Assembly (NCBI GenBank): GCA_964486045.1
Contig: CAZALK010000013.1
Coordinates: 1-46,740, forward strand
DNA from: an uncultured archaeon
Lineage (GTDB): Archaea; Asgardarchaeota; Lokiarchaeia; Sigyniarchaeales; SOKP01
Length of the DNA: 46,740 nucleotides
Reading direction: 5' to 3'
The translations under genes were made by a program, and so were the position numbers. The notes below the pieces were generated by a model, which was not told the origin of the DNA, ran no database searches, and saw only the letters and a program-made list of their open reading frames with translations. How positions within the stretch are numbered: position 1 is the first letter of the stretch; every line of letters starts with the position of its first letter. Shown here piece by piece: positions 10,612-21,035 of the stretch.

Positions 10612-11489
10612 AGGTCCGCCAATGCCGATGAGTACAGTTCCAAGTAAAAGGGAGGCTCCGGTCTTAATAATTGAACTCCATTGAGGTTTAGCTGTTATAC
10701 CTAACTTTTGTTTACTAGTTCTTAATTCTTTGTTCTTGAAATCAAGATTCTACGATCATTTTAATAAATCAAAAAATTGTATTTTTAATTATAGTTGTAA
10801 ATTCGGGTATAATCAAATTTTTGATTAGTTTCTTTTTCACTCGGTGTACTGTAGAACTCTGTGTTCCAGCTATTTCCCACACATCGCAATTAGAGTAATG
10901 GATTCATTAATGACAAAAATATCTTGATTGACAAAAATTCCTAATTGAACTGAAATCCAATTTTTTGTTTAAATATAGAGAGTTTACTTATGGTTCAATT
11001 CGATCCAAAAGGTTGGGTGGTTTTTTTAAAATGTGTGTTTATGAAGCTTTAATGAAAAAAATCAGTGAATTGCGATTGCAAGTTTATTCTGAAAAAGTAG
11101 AAGAGCAAAATCAAGGTCAAAATTGCTTGGAAAATCAGCAGCGCTTAGATGACTTAAGAAACTTCAACAAACACATTCACATTCCTGATTCCAAATTTAA
11201 GTTTAGCAAAAGAGATTTCAGCAACTTCTTTCGTGATAAAAACTGCTATAGTGCAATTTTAGCACATAATTTTATCTGGAGTAATGGCAAAATGCATCAA
11301 TCTCCCTTAATTATATTATCTATATGCACTATTGATGCTAATGTGTTGAATACAATAATTCAGAGAAATATAATTTTTACAATCCCCAATATATGTTTTT
11401 TCTCTTTCAAGTTCAATTATCTTTAATTTTGCTTTACATCTTGGGCATTTCGCTTCTTCTAAAACCATTTTAATAATTCTTTTCTTAAA

Positions 11490-12465
11490 GGATTATTATC
11501 ATGAATTTACTGTTGAAGAACTCAAGGAAGATAATAGATTTAAGGAAATTAATGAAAATGAGATATACTATTGGATAGATCAGTTGAAAAAGATTAGTTA
11601 TGTTGAGATTAGAACATTTTCTGATAAATTTGTTTTTCGTATATCCTTAGATGGAATTCTTTTTTTAGAAAATTTTTACGTGAAAGAGGAACAAATTTTT
11701 ATTTCCCTTACTGTTGATGTCCTGAATTTTTTAAAAAAAGTGCAAGATAGAACAATAGAATTGTATCCTGGTGAAGGGAATCAAATAGGCTCAATTCCTA
11801 CTCCAGAATTTCTTAATATTATAGGGATTATTGGAAAAGAAAAACAAGCAAAATTATAATTCGTTATAAATGAGATTACGGGATTTAAAGAAGGAGAAAA
11901 TTATATTAATTTTAATAGTTTTGGAAATGCTGGAAAGAAATTGGTTTTCTTTAGAACAGCTTTATTAACAACTAAAGGTAGAGAGTTTTTAAATTATTAT
12001 CAAAAATTAAGATATTTATTTACCACGCTCCACGATAAATTTGCAAAAGAAATTATTCTTGAAGAATATAATGAAATAGAATATTTACGAAAAAGAGAGA
12101 AATGGAGGGATGCTTTTATTAAAATGGGGTCTATTTTAGAGTATCTAATCACTAATTACATTGATGAAAATAAATTAGATAAAGATAAAAATGGTAAACC
12201 AAAAACAGTTGAAATCTTAATTAGAGGAAAAAAAAGAATGATTAATCTTATAAACGCTAAATTTGGTGAGAAAATATTATTTATAATGCAATTTAAGATT
12301 TTCGACATGGAATATAATTCTGATTGGAATATCTTGGATGGTTTAATCATGAAATTAAGAAATTACATTCACTTGTATCAATATATTAAAGATAGAGCAA
12401 TAGTGAACAAAGACATGTTCGATAAATTTTACCCAGTTTTTGAAAGGTTAATATTATTGTTTTAA
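11490..12465 (+). pseudogene. HEPN-like domain protein split by one in-frame TAA (11857-11859)
   Basis: ORFs 11584-11859 and 11941-12465 share a frame and the sequence between them is open; C-terminal MGSILEYLI...LRNYIH HEPN-like motif. Confidence 0.6.
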
Positions 12466-12623
12466 GATAAGCCCTTAAAATGTTAATATGATGCAATTGA
12501 ACCTGGAATGTACATAAAATCCCATTACATTTTTTTATGATTATCTTTAATTTTTAATTTTATAAACCGAAAATTCTATTATTAGATTGTACAACATAAT
12601 AAAATAAAAAGGGGGTGAAAAAA

Positions 12624-12791
12624 ATAAAAGTTAAAAAACTAATTGAAGCATTAAAAAAATTGGATCCTGAAAGTTTTATTTACTGTATTGATAATGATAA
12701 TAAGCAATACTATGCAATATCGGGATTACCTATACACGATGGTTCGGAAATCTTCGGTATTCCAATTAAAAAAACAAAAAAATCAGAATGA
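12624..12791 (+). CDS. small phage-like protein (55 aa, ATA start)
   Basis: GGGGGTGA SD, then (I/M)KVKKLIEALKKLDPESFIYC...; MKVKxLIExLxKLDP N-termini are common in small viral ORFs. Confidence 0.5.
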   Translation: MKVKKLIEALKKLDPESFIYCIDNDNKQYYAISGLPIHDGSEIFGIPIKKTKKSE

Positions 12792-12936
12792 TAATCCATT
12801 ATTCTTTTTTTTTTTAATTATTTCATCGTGAGAAAGTTGTTAAATTGCTTAAAAATAATAATGATGATAATTTGTTTAAATTTTCTTTTTCTAACCATAA
12901 TTTTAAGAAGAACTTAAAGCAAAAAACATCGCTAAA

Positions 12937-13330
12937 TTTCTAGTCTATAACAAATCTAAGACTTTGTGTAGACTTTCTAGTGGAAAATTACTTATAATAT
13001 TGCAGTCAAAAAATGAATAGGGAGAGAATCGGGCTGAAATCCCATTTTATCTACAACTTACAACAATTTAAATTCAAATTGATATTTTAAAAATGGTATA
13101 GGATGGTGATAAAGTGGGAAAAGCCCTAAATTCTTCCCAGAAGAGAAGGGAAAAGAAATCTGAGCCGAAATAAAAAAATCAGGGAGAGATTAAACTCTAC
13201 AGAGTTTAATAAAGGGCGAAATCCAATGATAGCCCAAATTAATTTTAAATTAATTTCCCTTCCCTATTTTCTATAAATATACATAATATTAAAAAATTTG
13301 CTTTTTTGTGGCATTTCTCAATAAAATATG
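12937..13330 (-). repeat. non-coding repeat B, inverted copy of about 35667-36060
   Basis: Collinear reverse-complement similarity over about 390 bp, including AATCTAAGACTTTGTGTAGACTTTC and ATCAGGGAGAGATTAAACTCT..AGAGTTTAAT. Confidence 0.9.
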
Positions 13331-13635
13331 ATTACATCTTTCTTGGTATTAAATTCAGATATAGTTACGATAAAGACTTGTGGATTTAATACATAAAGAT
13401 CAAACAAATTTCAAGTAAACTAAGTCTAAAAATCATAATTATCTAAAAGAATTTTAAGAGTTTTTGAACTTGGATCAAGTAAGAGAATATTAAATTTAAT
13501 TTTGTAAAACTAAGTAGAGCATTAACAAGATTAGAAAGTTATTCAAAAATTAAAATTTTTAGTATCTCCTTATATTTAAAGTAATAAATGACAATAAAAA
13601 GTTAGATATTGATACTTCGATTGAGGTGAATTATT

Positions 13636-14464
13636 AATAAATAAAACTAGATTATACCATGAATTAAAACTTCATCATTTAATAGAAATAAATATAGATT
13701 CTTTAGAAAATGGTTTAATAGTTTTAAAGCATTTATTTCGAACAAGGAATGGAGAAATCGATTTGTTATGTTTAGATAATAAAAGTAGAATTGTAATAGT
13801 TGAAGTTAAGATTAATAAAGATAAAAAACAACTATTTCAAGCCCTTAAATATTGCATTGAAATAAAAAAAAGTATGAAATATTTTCCAGAAATTTTTAAG
13901 GATAAAATTATAAAATTAGAAAAATCACCCCGAATAATATTAGTAGCAAAGGAATTTTCAAAGATAATGAGAAATATCTCTCTTTTAATAAAATTTAAAA
14001 TAAATTTTTATAAGTATCAGATTTCTCAGAACCAAAGTAAGAAAAAAACTATAATATTTGAAAAAATGGAATCACCTGTTTTGGAAACTTACTATCCTTT
14101 ACTCTATAATATTAAGCAACATATAGAAAGGATTAAGATTAGAGATATAAAAGATTATTGCATAAACTTAATAAATGAAATTAAAAAGATCGATTCATTT
14201 CTTAGAGTATACGCTATAAAGCATAAAATAAATATTAAACATCTTAAAAGTCAACGTATTATCAGTTATATTGAAACATATCAAAAATCCTTTAGAATAT
14301 TTGCTTACAATTTTGAAAAAAGAGAAGATGGTAATTATTACCATTACGGCACTAAAACGAATATTTCTGTCAAAAAAGCAACCCAAAACTTAATCCCGAT
14401 TTTAGAACGCTTAAAAAAATCTATTGAATTTTTAAATAGAAAAGAAGATAATATAGATACATAA
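13636..14464 (+). CDS. NucS/DUF91-like PD-(D/E)xK endonuclease domain protein
   Basis: Frame extends upstream of the TTG at 13763: ELKLHHLI..GEIDLLCLDNKSRIVIVEVK..QALKY; GAGGTG SD suggests an ATA start near 13636. Confidence 0.7.
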
Positions 14465-14576
14465 TTTTTTCAAAAAGATCATTATTTCATATGTTGATAT
14501 GGATATTAATAAATATGGACTTCAAAAATCTCTTATCTATAACGAAGATTTTTAGACTAAATTTGTATAAAAATCA

Positions 14577-14690
14577 ATGGAAGATAATAGAATTGAAACC
14601 GAATTATGGGATTTTAAAAAAACTTTAGATTTATGGAAAACTATAGAAAATTTAATATATCTACATCAAAAAGAAAAATACTATCAATAG
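14577..14690 (+). pseudogene. AlbA_2/Schlafen-like domain remnant
   Basis: MEDNRIETELWDFKKTL resembles the E-x4-(D/E)FK start of AlbA_2. Confidence 0.4.
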
Positions 14691-15052
14691 TCTCGATTGC
14701 ACTAATTGGTTCTTTATTTTGATATCTCTTCGATTTGGGTGGAAATCCATTTGGGAGAGAAATTAGAAGAATCTGTTGAAGAGAAAATCAAAAGCTTAGA
14801 AAAATTTAATTCGACTGAAAAATAATCAGTTTCAAGATATTGGAAACAATTCGTGATCCAATCATCTTGTCATCACTGAATTTTTTAACTAATCTTTTTT
14901 TTTTTAATATTTATAAACGATAATAAGTTACCAGAAGGTTTGCTCATAAAAACCTCCCCAAAGAAGAACGCATATCCGGGGTGAATTAGATGTCCACTTT
15001 TACATTCGCGAAAAGGAAGAGAAAGTCTATAAAACTGTAGACCAAGATCTCT

Positions 15053-15652
15053 TCAATGAGATACTTCCTTAGTTTCAGGTTTAAATTTAAGTATTAAAAG
15101 AGCAACGAATAATGCTATATAAAAAATTAACAAACTCATTTGCATCTCAGGGGGTATTAGTGGTAGTAATGCTGGGGGGAATATTAATACCCAAATGAAA
15201 ATTAAAATTGAAAGTAGAACCATAATAATTGAAAGCGCAAATCGTATTATCGAAATGGGTGAGTCACGTTTAGGTTTTGGGTTTGGTAGGAGGTAGATAA
15301 TTGACATTAAAACCCCTAGATAACCTAATACAAGATTAAATAACAGAATATTAAACTCAAAATAATCCATCATGCGACTAATCCCCCAAAAAATAATGCT
15401 TAAGTAAAAATCAATTATTATAGTGTACTCATGCTTATTGGGGTTCTTCCATTTCGCAACAAGATTTATGAGATATAGGATTAAAACATATATATTTAAC
15501 AAGAAAATGTTTCCAAATCCCAATTCAAAAGTAATTTTCTCTGTAATCCATATAGAAGACGTAATTAGAAGTTCCAACAAAAAAAAGATAAAGAGAATTG
15601 TTGATCCAAATCTTTCTACAAGTTTATAAACTTTTTCAGAAACTTCTCCCAT
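15053..15652 (-). CDS. multi-pass membrane protein (~6 TM)
   Basis: Hydrophobicity pattern. Confidence 0.65.
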   Translation of the reverse strand: MGEVSEKVYKLVERFGSTILFIFFLLELLITSSIWITEKITFELGFGNIFLLNIYVLILYLINLVAKWKNPNKHEYTIIIDFYLSIIFWGISRMMDYFEFNILLFNLVLGYLGVLMSIIYLLPNPKPKRDSPISIIRFALSIIMVLLSILIFIWVLIFPPALLPLIPPEMQMSLLIFYIALFVALLILKFKPETKEVSH

Positions 15653-15876
15653 AATTAGGATTCACTGCCATGATTAATAAAATTAATTGAGAATTAGATT
15701 ATAGGAATCTTAACAACTCATATTCTGTCATCGTACTCATAATCTGAGACATAGATTGGATAACTTAATTTATAGGTACTTTTTGCTCTATGGAAGTCTG
15801 AAAAAACCAAGAGGATTTAATTTTAAGCTTTATGTAGGAAGATTAAAAAATCCAATCATCGAAAAAAGTAGTTTTT

Positions 15877-16413
15877 TTATAGTTCAATGGAGCCTTTTAT
15901 GTATAATTTACACACTTTTTGTTTTATTAATTGTATTAAATCTCCAGTATTTCCTAAAATTAATATCTCCTCTAAATTTATGATAAAGATTCTAATCCCT
16001 TCCCTTAACGCAAGGGGGATTTCAAAATGGGCTCTAGTTGAATCTTCTTGAGAACCCGTGATCCCATTTGAGGCAATTATTATCCCAAAATCCAAACCTT
16101 TATTTCTTAATTTTGTAATAAAATATGCTACTTCTTTAGTTGGTACCTTTCCGGCTAAATTTTTACATTCTATAAGAATTATTACAGGAAAACTTTTTAA
16201 ACCATCAGATTCTTGGTCATTCCATACCGCAATATCATTTTCTTCTGTTAAATGATAATTCAAAGAGTCAACGTCATAGATTTCTACTCCAGGAATCTTT
16301 TTAAAAAGATAAACAGCTAAGTTTTCTAAAGCTTGACCTTTTTCCTTTTTAGTTCTTGAATTTTCCCCATTATTTATAAACCTAATAATTTTTTCTTTAG
16401 AATATTTAACCAT
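15877..16413 (-). CDS. Mrr-like restriction endonuclease (PD-(D/E)xK)
   Basis: KGQALENL..ENDIAVWN..IECKN..GIIIASNGIT. Confidence 0.85.
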   Translation of the reverse strand: MVKYSKEKIIRFINNGENSRTKKEKGQALENLAVYLFKKIPGVEIYDVDSLNYHLTEENDIAVWNDQESDGLKSFPVIILIECKNLAGKVPTKEVAYFITKLRNKGLDFGIIIASNGITGSQEDSTRAHFEIPLALREGIRIFIINLEEILILGNTGDLIQLIKQKVCKLYIKGSIEL

Positions 16414-16514
16414 ATCGATGATAAAAAAGATATATTTCTTTTTAAACCAATTTTTTTTGCTTTATCATTTAAATACTTGAATATAAAAATATTATTAAAT
16501 GAATTAGAAGCATT

Positions 16515-16739
16515 ATGAATGAAGATAATAAATTAATTAAACGAATACATTCTCTTTTGAAAGCTCAACTCTCTACGCATATATATATTTACTTTATGAT
16601 ACTAAACAAAGTAAATCAATTAGGTATGGTCAAGCAGCAAGAGATAATTAAACATCTTAAAGACCTTTGGCAATATAAAACCGTTCGGAAACATCTTTAT
16701 AAACTGAGAAAAAAAAAAAAATATGTTAAATTTTGTTGA
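16515..16739 (+). CDS. short winged-helix-like protein or fragment
   Basis: QQEIIKHL..YKTVRKHLYKL HTH-like; ends just after a long poly-A run. Confidence 0.35.
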   Translation: MNEDNKLIKRIHSLLKAQLSTHIYIYFMILNKVNQLGMVKQQEIIKHLKDLWQYKTVRKHLYKLRKKKKYVKFC

Positions 16740-16989
16740 ATAGAAGCTCTTAGGTAAAAAACCAAGGAAATCTCGAAAGAACAAAAAAGATATAAAAATT
16801 AAAATTGATTATTTTTGAAGGATACAAGACATCATAATAATATAAAACCATCTAATTTTTTTGTCGGGATTAATATATAGATCTTATAATATGTTAAATT
16901 GAAGAAAGTTTTTTATAACAATTATTTTTTGATGCATGTGAAAAAAGGTTATTTTTAAAAGAATAAAAAGCTAGTTTAAATGATTAAGA

Positions 16990-17412
16990 ATGAGCGATAA
17001 ATATGTAGTAAATGTTATGAAAAAGATTAGATATGCCCTTGATGATGAAAAATACTTCTTAGCAGGTCAAGGCTTTTTTGATCTAACGAAATATGGCATT
17101 ATAGTGGGAGATGATACTTTAGTTTTCCTCGCTTCAGAGTTATCAGATGTTTTTAGAAATAGCTTACTTAGAACAAAAGAATTTGAAAAAGATTTAGACA
17201 AGGATATTATTTCAAATATTCTATCTAATGTTAAAGAAATACTGAATACTATTGCCCATAAGAAAGAGAGTTTAGATTCTGATACTAAAATTAAGATTTT
17301 TGATGCTTTAACCTATATAATTTCTAATGCAGAAAGGATTCAAGCAGAAACGATAGATCTTGAGGATTCTAAAATTATTAGAAGAAGAATAATTCGAGGT
17401 GGGATATCATGA
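16990..17412 (+). CDS. hypothetical protein, first of a 3-gene operon
   Basis: ATGA overlap with the next gene. Confidence 0.7.
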   Translation: MSDKYVVNVMKKIRYALDDEKYFLAGQGFFDLTKYGIIVGDDTLVFLASELSDVFRNSLLRTKEFEKDLDKDIISNILSNVKEILNTIAHKKESLDSDTKIKIFDALTYIISNAERIQAETIDLEDSKIIRRRIIRGGIS

Positions 17413-18014
17413 TTAGGAATGAAACAATAATTACACATGACTTAGAACATACGATTAAATATAATTATCCTGTGATAAAGGAAAGATTCCAAGAGTTTTT
17501 TAGTTCCTTTATAACGAGGATACCTCATTATGACGAGTATTGGGAAGAATTTGGTAGAAGAATTAGAAAGATATCTCGCAGATTCTTTGATAAAATAAGT
17601 TATGAACCAAAATCTTTATTTATTAGTTTTTTAGAAAATTACATTGATGATGAATTTAATAAATATATGAATATATCCAGCAGATTTATAGGTTTGTTAA
17701 GAAAAGATCAGGTTTTTAATGATTATTTTAATTGGTTCAAGAAATTTCTACTATATTTTTTAAATTCAAATCACATTGATCATATTCATGGAGCTTGTTT
17801 AATTGAAAATGATACTAAAGACTCGACTAAAGAAATAATAAAAATCAAGATTCTACTTCCAATTGAGGATTTTGATGAGATTTTAGACTTAATGGAATTA
17901 TTTGTAATAAAGCAGGAAAGATTTCTAAATGAATCCATTGAAGATAATTATTACAGGAGTCTGATTCTCCATAAATTTAAAAGAACAAATTTCATATTTA
18001 GATCAATGTTTTAA
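17409..18014 (+). CDS. hypothetical protein, possible antitoxin partner of the HEPN gene
   Basis: Translationally coupled; directly upstream of the HEPN gene. Confidence 0.6.
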   Translation: MIRNETIITHDLEHTIKYNYPVIKERFQEFFSSFITRIPHYDEYWEEFGRRIRKISRRFFDKISYEPKSLFISFLENYIDDEFNKYMNISSRFIGLLRKDQVFNDYFNWFKKFLLYFLNSNHIDHIHGACLIENDTKDSTKEIIKIKILLPIEDFDEILDLMELFVIKQERFLNESIEDNYYRSLILHKFKRTNFIFRSMF

Positions 18015-18024
18015 GTGGATCAGA

Positions 18025-18360
18025 TTGAATCCAGAAGAAATCATTAAGTTAGGTTTAGATTTAATTGATGATGAACATTATTTTAGAGAAGCACGATACA
18101 GAACTGCCATAAGTCGAATATATTATGGATTATTACATCATATAAGGATTATTAAAAAATTATTGTATATTGATACTCACCATTTTCACACGGAATTAAT
18201 TGATGCAATAAAGGATCTAGATACCGTACTTGGAACTTATTTGGGTAATATGCGAGAATATAGAACTGAATCAGATTATTTTATTACTCAAAAAGTTGGA
18301 AAAAAGACTCTAGATGACTTTTTAAAGGTTTATGATAGGGTAATTGAAAAAATAGAATAA
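18025..18360 (+). CDS. HEPN domain protein (UPF0332-like)
   Basis: YRTAISRIYYG...MREYRTESDY. Confidence 0.8.
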   Translation: MNPEEIIKLGLDLIDDEHYFREARYRTAISRIYYGLLHHIRIIKKLLYIDTHHFHTELIDAIKDLDTVLGTYLGNMREYRTESDYFITQKVGKKTLDDFLKVYDRVIEKIE

Positions 18361-18551
18361 AATTTTGAGAAATCCAAGTTTGGTACTTATCTCTTCGAAT
18401 AAAATTGTACAATCACCAAAAGTGTACCTAATTTCCAATTTTCTATTACTTGACTAAATTTTTTTATTTAAATAGATCATTTAGAGAGACTTGACAATTT
18501 GTAGAAATTAAATCTTTAAAGATAAATTAGTGCAATTATGAAGTACTTACG

Positions 18552-19022
18552 TCATAAGGAATCCCAATATTGCTGTAAATATTTGTTAAAACCTCGTCCA
18601 GGATTATATAAAGGATAAAATCTTTTAAAAGAATGTCTTGCTACATCAAAAGATTCATCAGGGATCTCCTTTCTGCGTTTGGCTAGATAAAGGATAGCAA
18701 GGCTCGGTGCTCGTGATTCACCTCTATTACAATGTATTAGGATTTTTTGCCCTTCCATCTCATCCATGAAACTATAGAATGCTGTTATGATAGGGCGCAT
18801 AAAGCGGTCATCCAGTCGATCCATATCTACTAAATTTAAAACTAAATGGGATTCTCGTCGAAATATTAAGTAATGTGGGTGAGTAGAAGGTAGGTTTTAT
18901 TTATATCTTACAGCGTGGCGGTGGCAAGGGTGTTTACAGGCATGCACGACGGACCATCCACATCTTTCATCCCAAAAGCAATCCGTATCGTTACCAATGT
19001 AAATACCAAAACATTCTTTCAT
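18552..19022 (-). pseudogene. dual-specificity phosphatase family protein with an in-frame TAA at 18897-18899
   Basis: HCNRGESRAPS (HCx5R) loop; frame continues upstream to ATG 19022 (MKECFGIYIGND..HACKHPCH..YK*NLPSTHPHYL). Confidence 0.8.
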
Positions 19023-19176
19023 ATTCCTTATATAGCAATCGAAGATTATAAAGCCTCTATAAATAACTTTTTCCTAAAATATTTTTAAAACTTTAAGTTT
19101 CCCTATGATCAAATCCATTTTCTATAAATTATATAATAAAATCTATTTGATTAAAACTCTTAAAACCCATCGGCGT

Positions 19177-19201
19177 GGGACACCACGGGAGAGGGAGATA
19201 A
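19177..19201 (+). repeat. G-rich motif, diverged copy 3
   Basis: GGGACACCACGGGAGAGGGAGATAA. Confidence 0.7.
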
Positions 19202-19595
19202 ATTAATTTAAAGAAGTTATTCAACTAAAAACCAATTGAGTAAATCATACCGTATAACTTTCAGTCCAAATTTTGTATCTTCCTTTATGATTGCACTATT
19301 TAATATATCTTCATCAAAAAGAAAAATACTTTATATAATTCTATGCGCTAAATTTAAAAAAGCAGGCTATAAGTTTCAAATAAGTGGGAAAATTGCACTT
19401 CCTCCCATAACTATTGCTTGCTTTACGGGGGATATCTTATAGGGTGAAAGAAATAAAAAGTATAAAATTCTTATACTAAGAAAATAATTCTTCAGATCAG
19501 CATTTTAAATGGGTTTACACCTATTTCAAGTAATAAATTTTATTAGAATAGGTTATTATTAATTAATAATATGCTCAGAAATGTAAAAAAGAAAT

Positions 19596-20264
19596 TTGAT
19601 TACAATAATGTGGAAGCCTCATAATTTGGAACAATCACTCGAAGATTTTACGATTGAGAATATTGAATTTTTAAAAAAAATTGAAATAAGAGAGGGATTA
19701 CACCTAGAGTTTAAAGAAAAATTCTCAAAAAAACTTGAACCTTCTTTATGTGCATACTTAAATACCGATGGGGGATGGTTAATTCTGGGAGTAGAGGAAA
19801 AGAATGAAAAAATAGGGAAAATTGTTGGAATATCAGAGGATTTCGTTCAGGATTTCAGAAAATCATTTAAAAAGTTCGATCCTTACATTGAGTGGGATCC
19901 TGACATACATTTAAAAGAAATACCACTAAATTCTGAGAAGTCTGTGTTTATAATAAAAATTCCAAGTTCTAAACATACTCATAAATTAAACGGTTTGTAT
20001 TATATAAGAATTGGAGCAGAGACAATTAAATTAACAAGAGATACTGAAATTATTCAATTAAAGAAAGAGAAGGGAGAAGTTGACGAGTTAGGAAGAGAAA
20101 TTCAAAGGTATAGGAAGATAACACAAAAAAATTACGATAGATTTATTGGGAGAGAAAATATCTATAAAGACATTATCAGAGAGTTAAGAAACCATCATCG
20201 TGTCATAAGTATTGATGGAATTGGTGGAGTGGGGAAGTCAACATTAGCTTTAGAAGTTGCATAA
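19596..20264 (+). pseudogene. AlbA_2/Schlafen plus truncated NB-ARC (STAND) protein
   Basis: EGLHLEFKE..AYLNTDGGWLILGV; FIGRE..GIGGVGKSTLALEVA followed by a stop right after Walker A. Confidence 0.8.
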
Positions 20265-20286
20265 GTATCAAGAGAAGATTTCAAAA

Positions 20287-20441
20287 TTAAGAAACCGGTT
20301 TCCAGAGAATTCCTAATTTATCCGCATATACTCTGACTTCTTGCATTTCTTGTGAAGTAGGTCTACGGTTTTCTCAGGATATTCAAATAATTTCCACTGT
20401 GGACGATATTGAGACATTATGTTTACGACAGCCTTCGGTAG
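20287..20441 (-). pseudogene. 3' fragment of a PflX-like radical SAM gene
   Basis: LPKAVVNIMSQYRPQWKLFEYPE / (frameshift) NRRPTSQEMQEVRVYADKLGILWKPVS*. Confidence 0.6.
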
Positions 20442-20863
20442 CGATTTCTTGTTTTTTCAACCTTTAGAATGTCTTTAAAGTTTTGAATTATATCATCCCT
20501 TATCCATTTATCGCTATTACCAATTTTAATTTGTTCTCGAAACTTAGATATGGCGTTCTTAATCGGCGCGGGTTCATAATCAAGTTTTTCTAATTTTCTC
20601 TCCAAGATTATCCTTTCTTCTCCCTTCTTGCGTTGTTCTTCTTGTTCATTTTGTTTTTTAACCTCATCTCTCCTCTTTTTTTCTTCCCAGCATTTCTGAC
20701 AATAATTAATAAAATTGTAAGAACTCCTTCCTTTTCTATCCATTTCATATTGAGAATGCGTTATGATCGTCTTGTATTCATTACAAATTTCACATATATC
20801 TCGTCGGTTCATTTTGGTGCATTCACGACAATTACAAGGGCGCCCCCAATCACAGTTTGGCAT
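20423..20863 (-). CDS. Cys-rich hypothetical protein, probably 3'-truncated
   Basis: MPNCDWGRPCNCREC..CEIC..CQKC; its end runs into the PflX-like fragment. Confidence 0.6.
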   Translation of the reverse strand: MPNCDWGRPCNCRECTKMNRRDICEICNEYKTIITHSQYEMDRKGRSSYNFINYCQKCWEEKKRRDEVKKQNEQEEQRKKGEERIILERKLEKLDYEPAPIKNAISKFREQIKIGNSDKWIRDDIIQNFKDILKVEKTRNRYRRLS

Positions 20864-21035
20864 TTATATCACATCCTATAATATTAGTTATCATTATTTG
20901 GAGATTTATTAATGTGGTGCACCATCTCACTAAAAAACTTGTATAGATTTAGCTTATATGGTCTTTTGAAATTTTGGGTATAAATTTATGAAGGTGAAAC
21001 TTCAATATAAAAAGTAAAATTGAATTGTACTTCTT

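Noticed and set aside
10965-11426. 153-aa ORF
   Set aside because: TTG start and no recognisable motifs; the region looks like decayed coding debris.
11845-11880. BHB intron around the TAA at 11857
   Set aside because: A hairpin exists, but no 4-bp central helix with 3-nt bulges can be formed.
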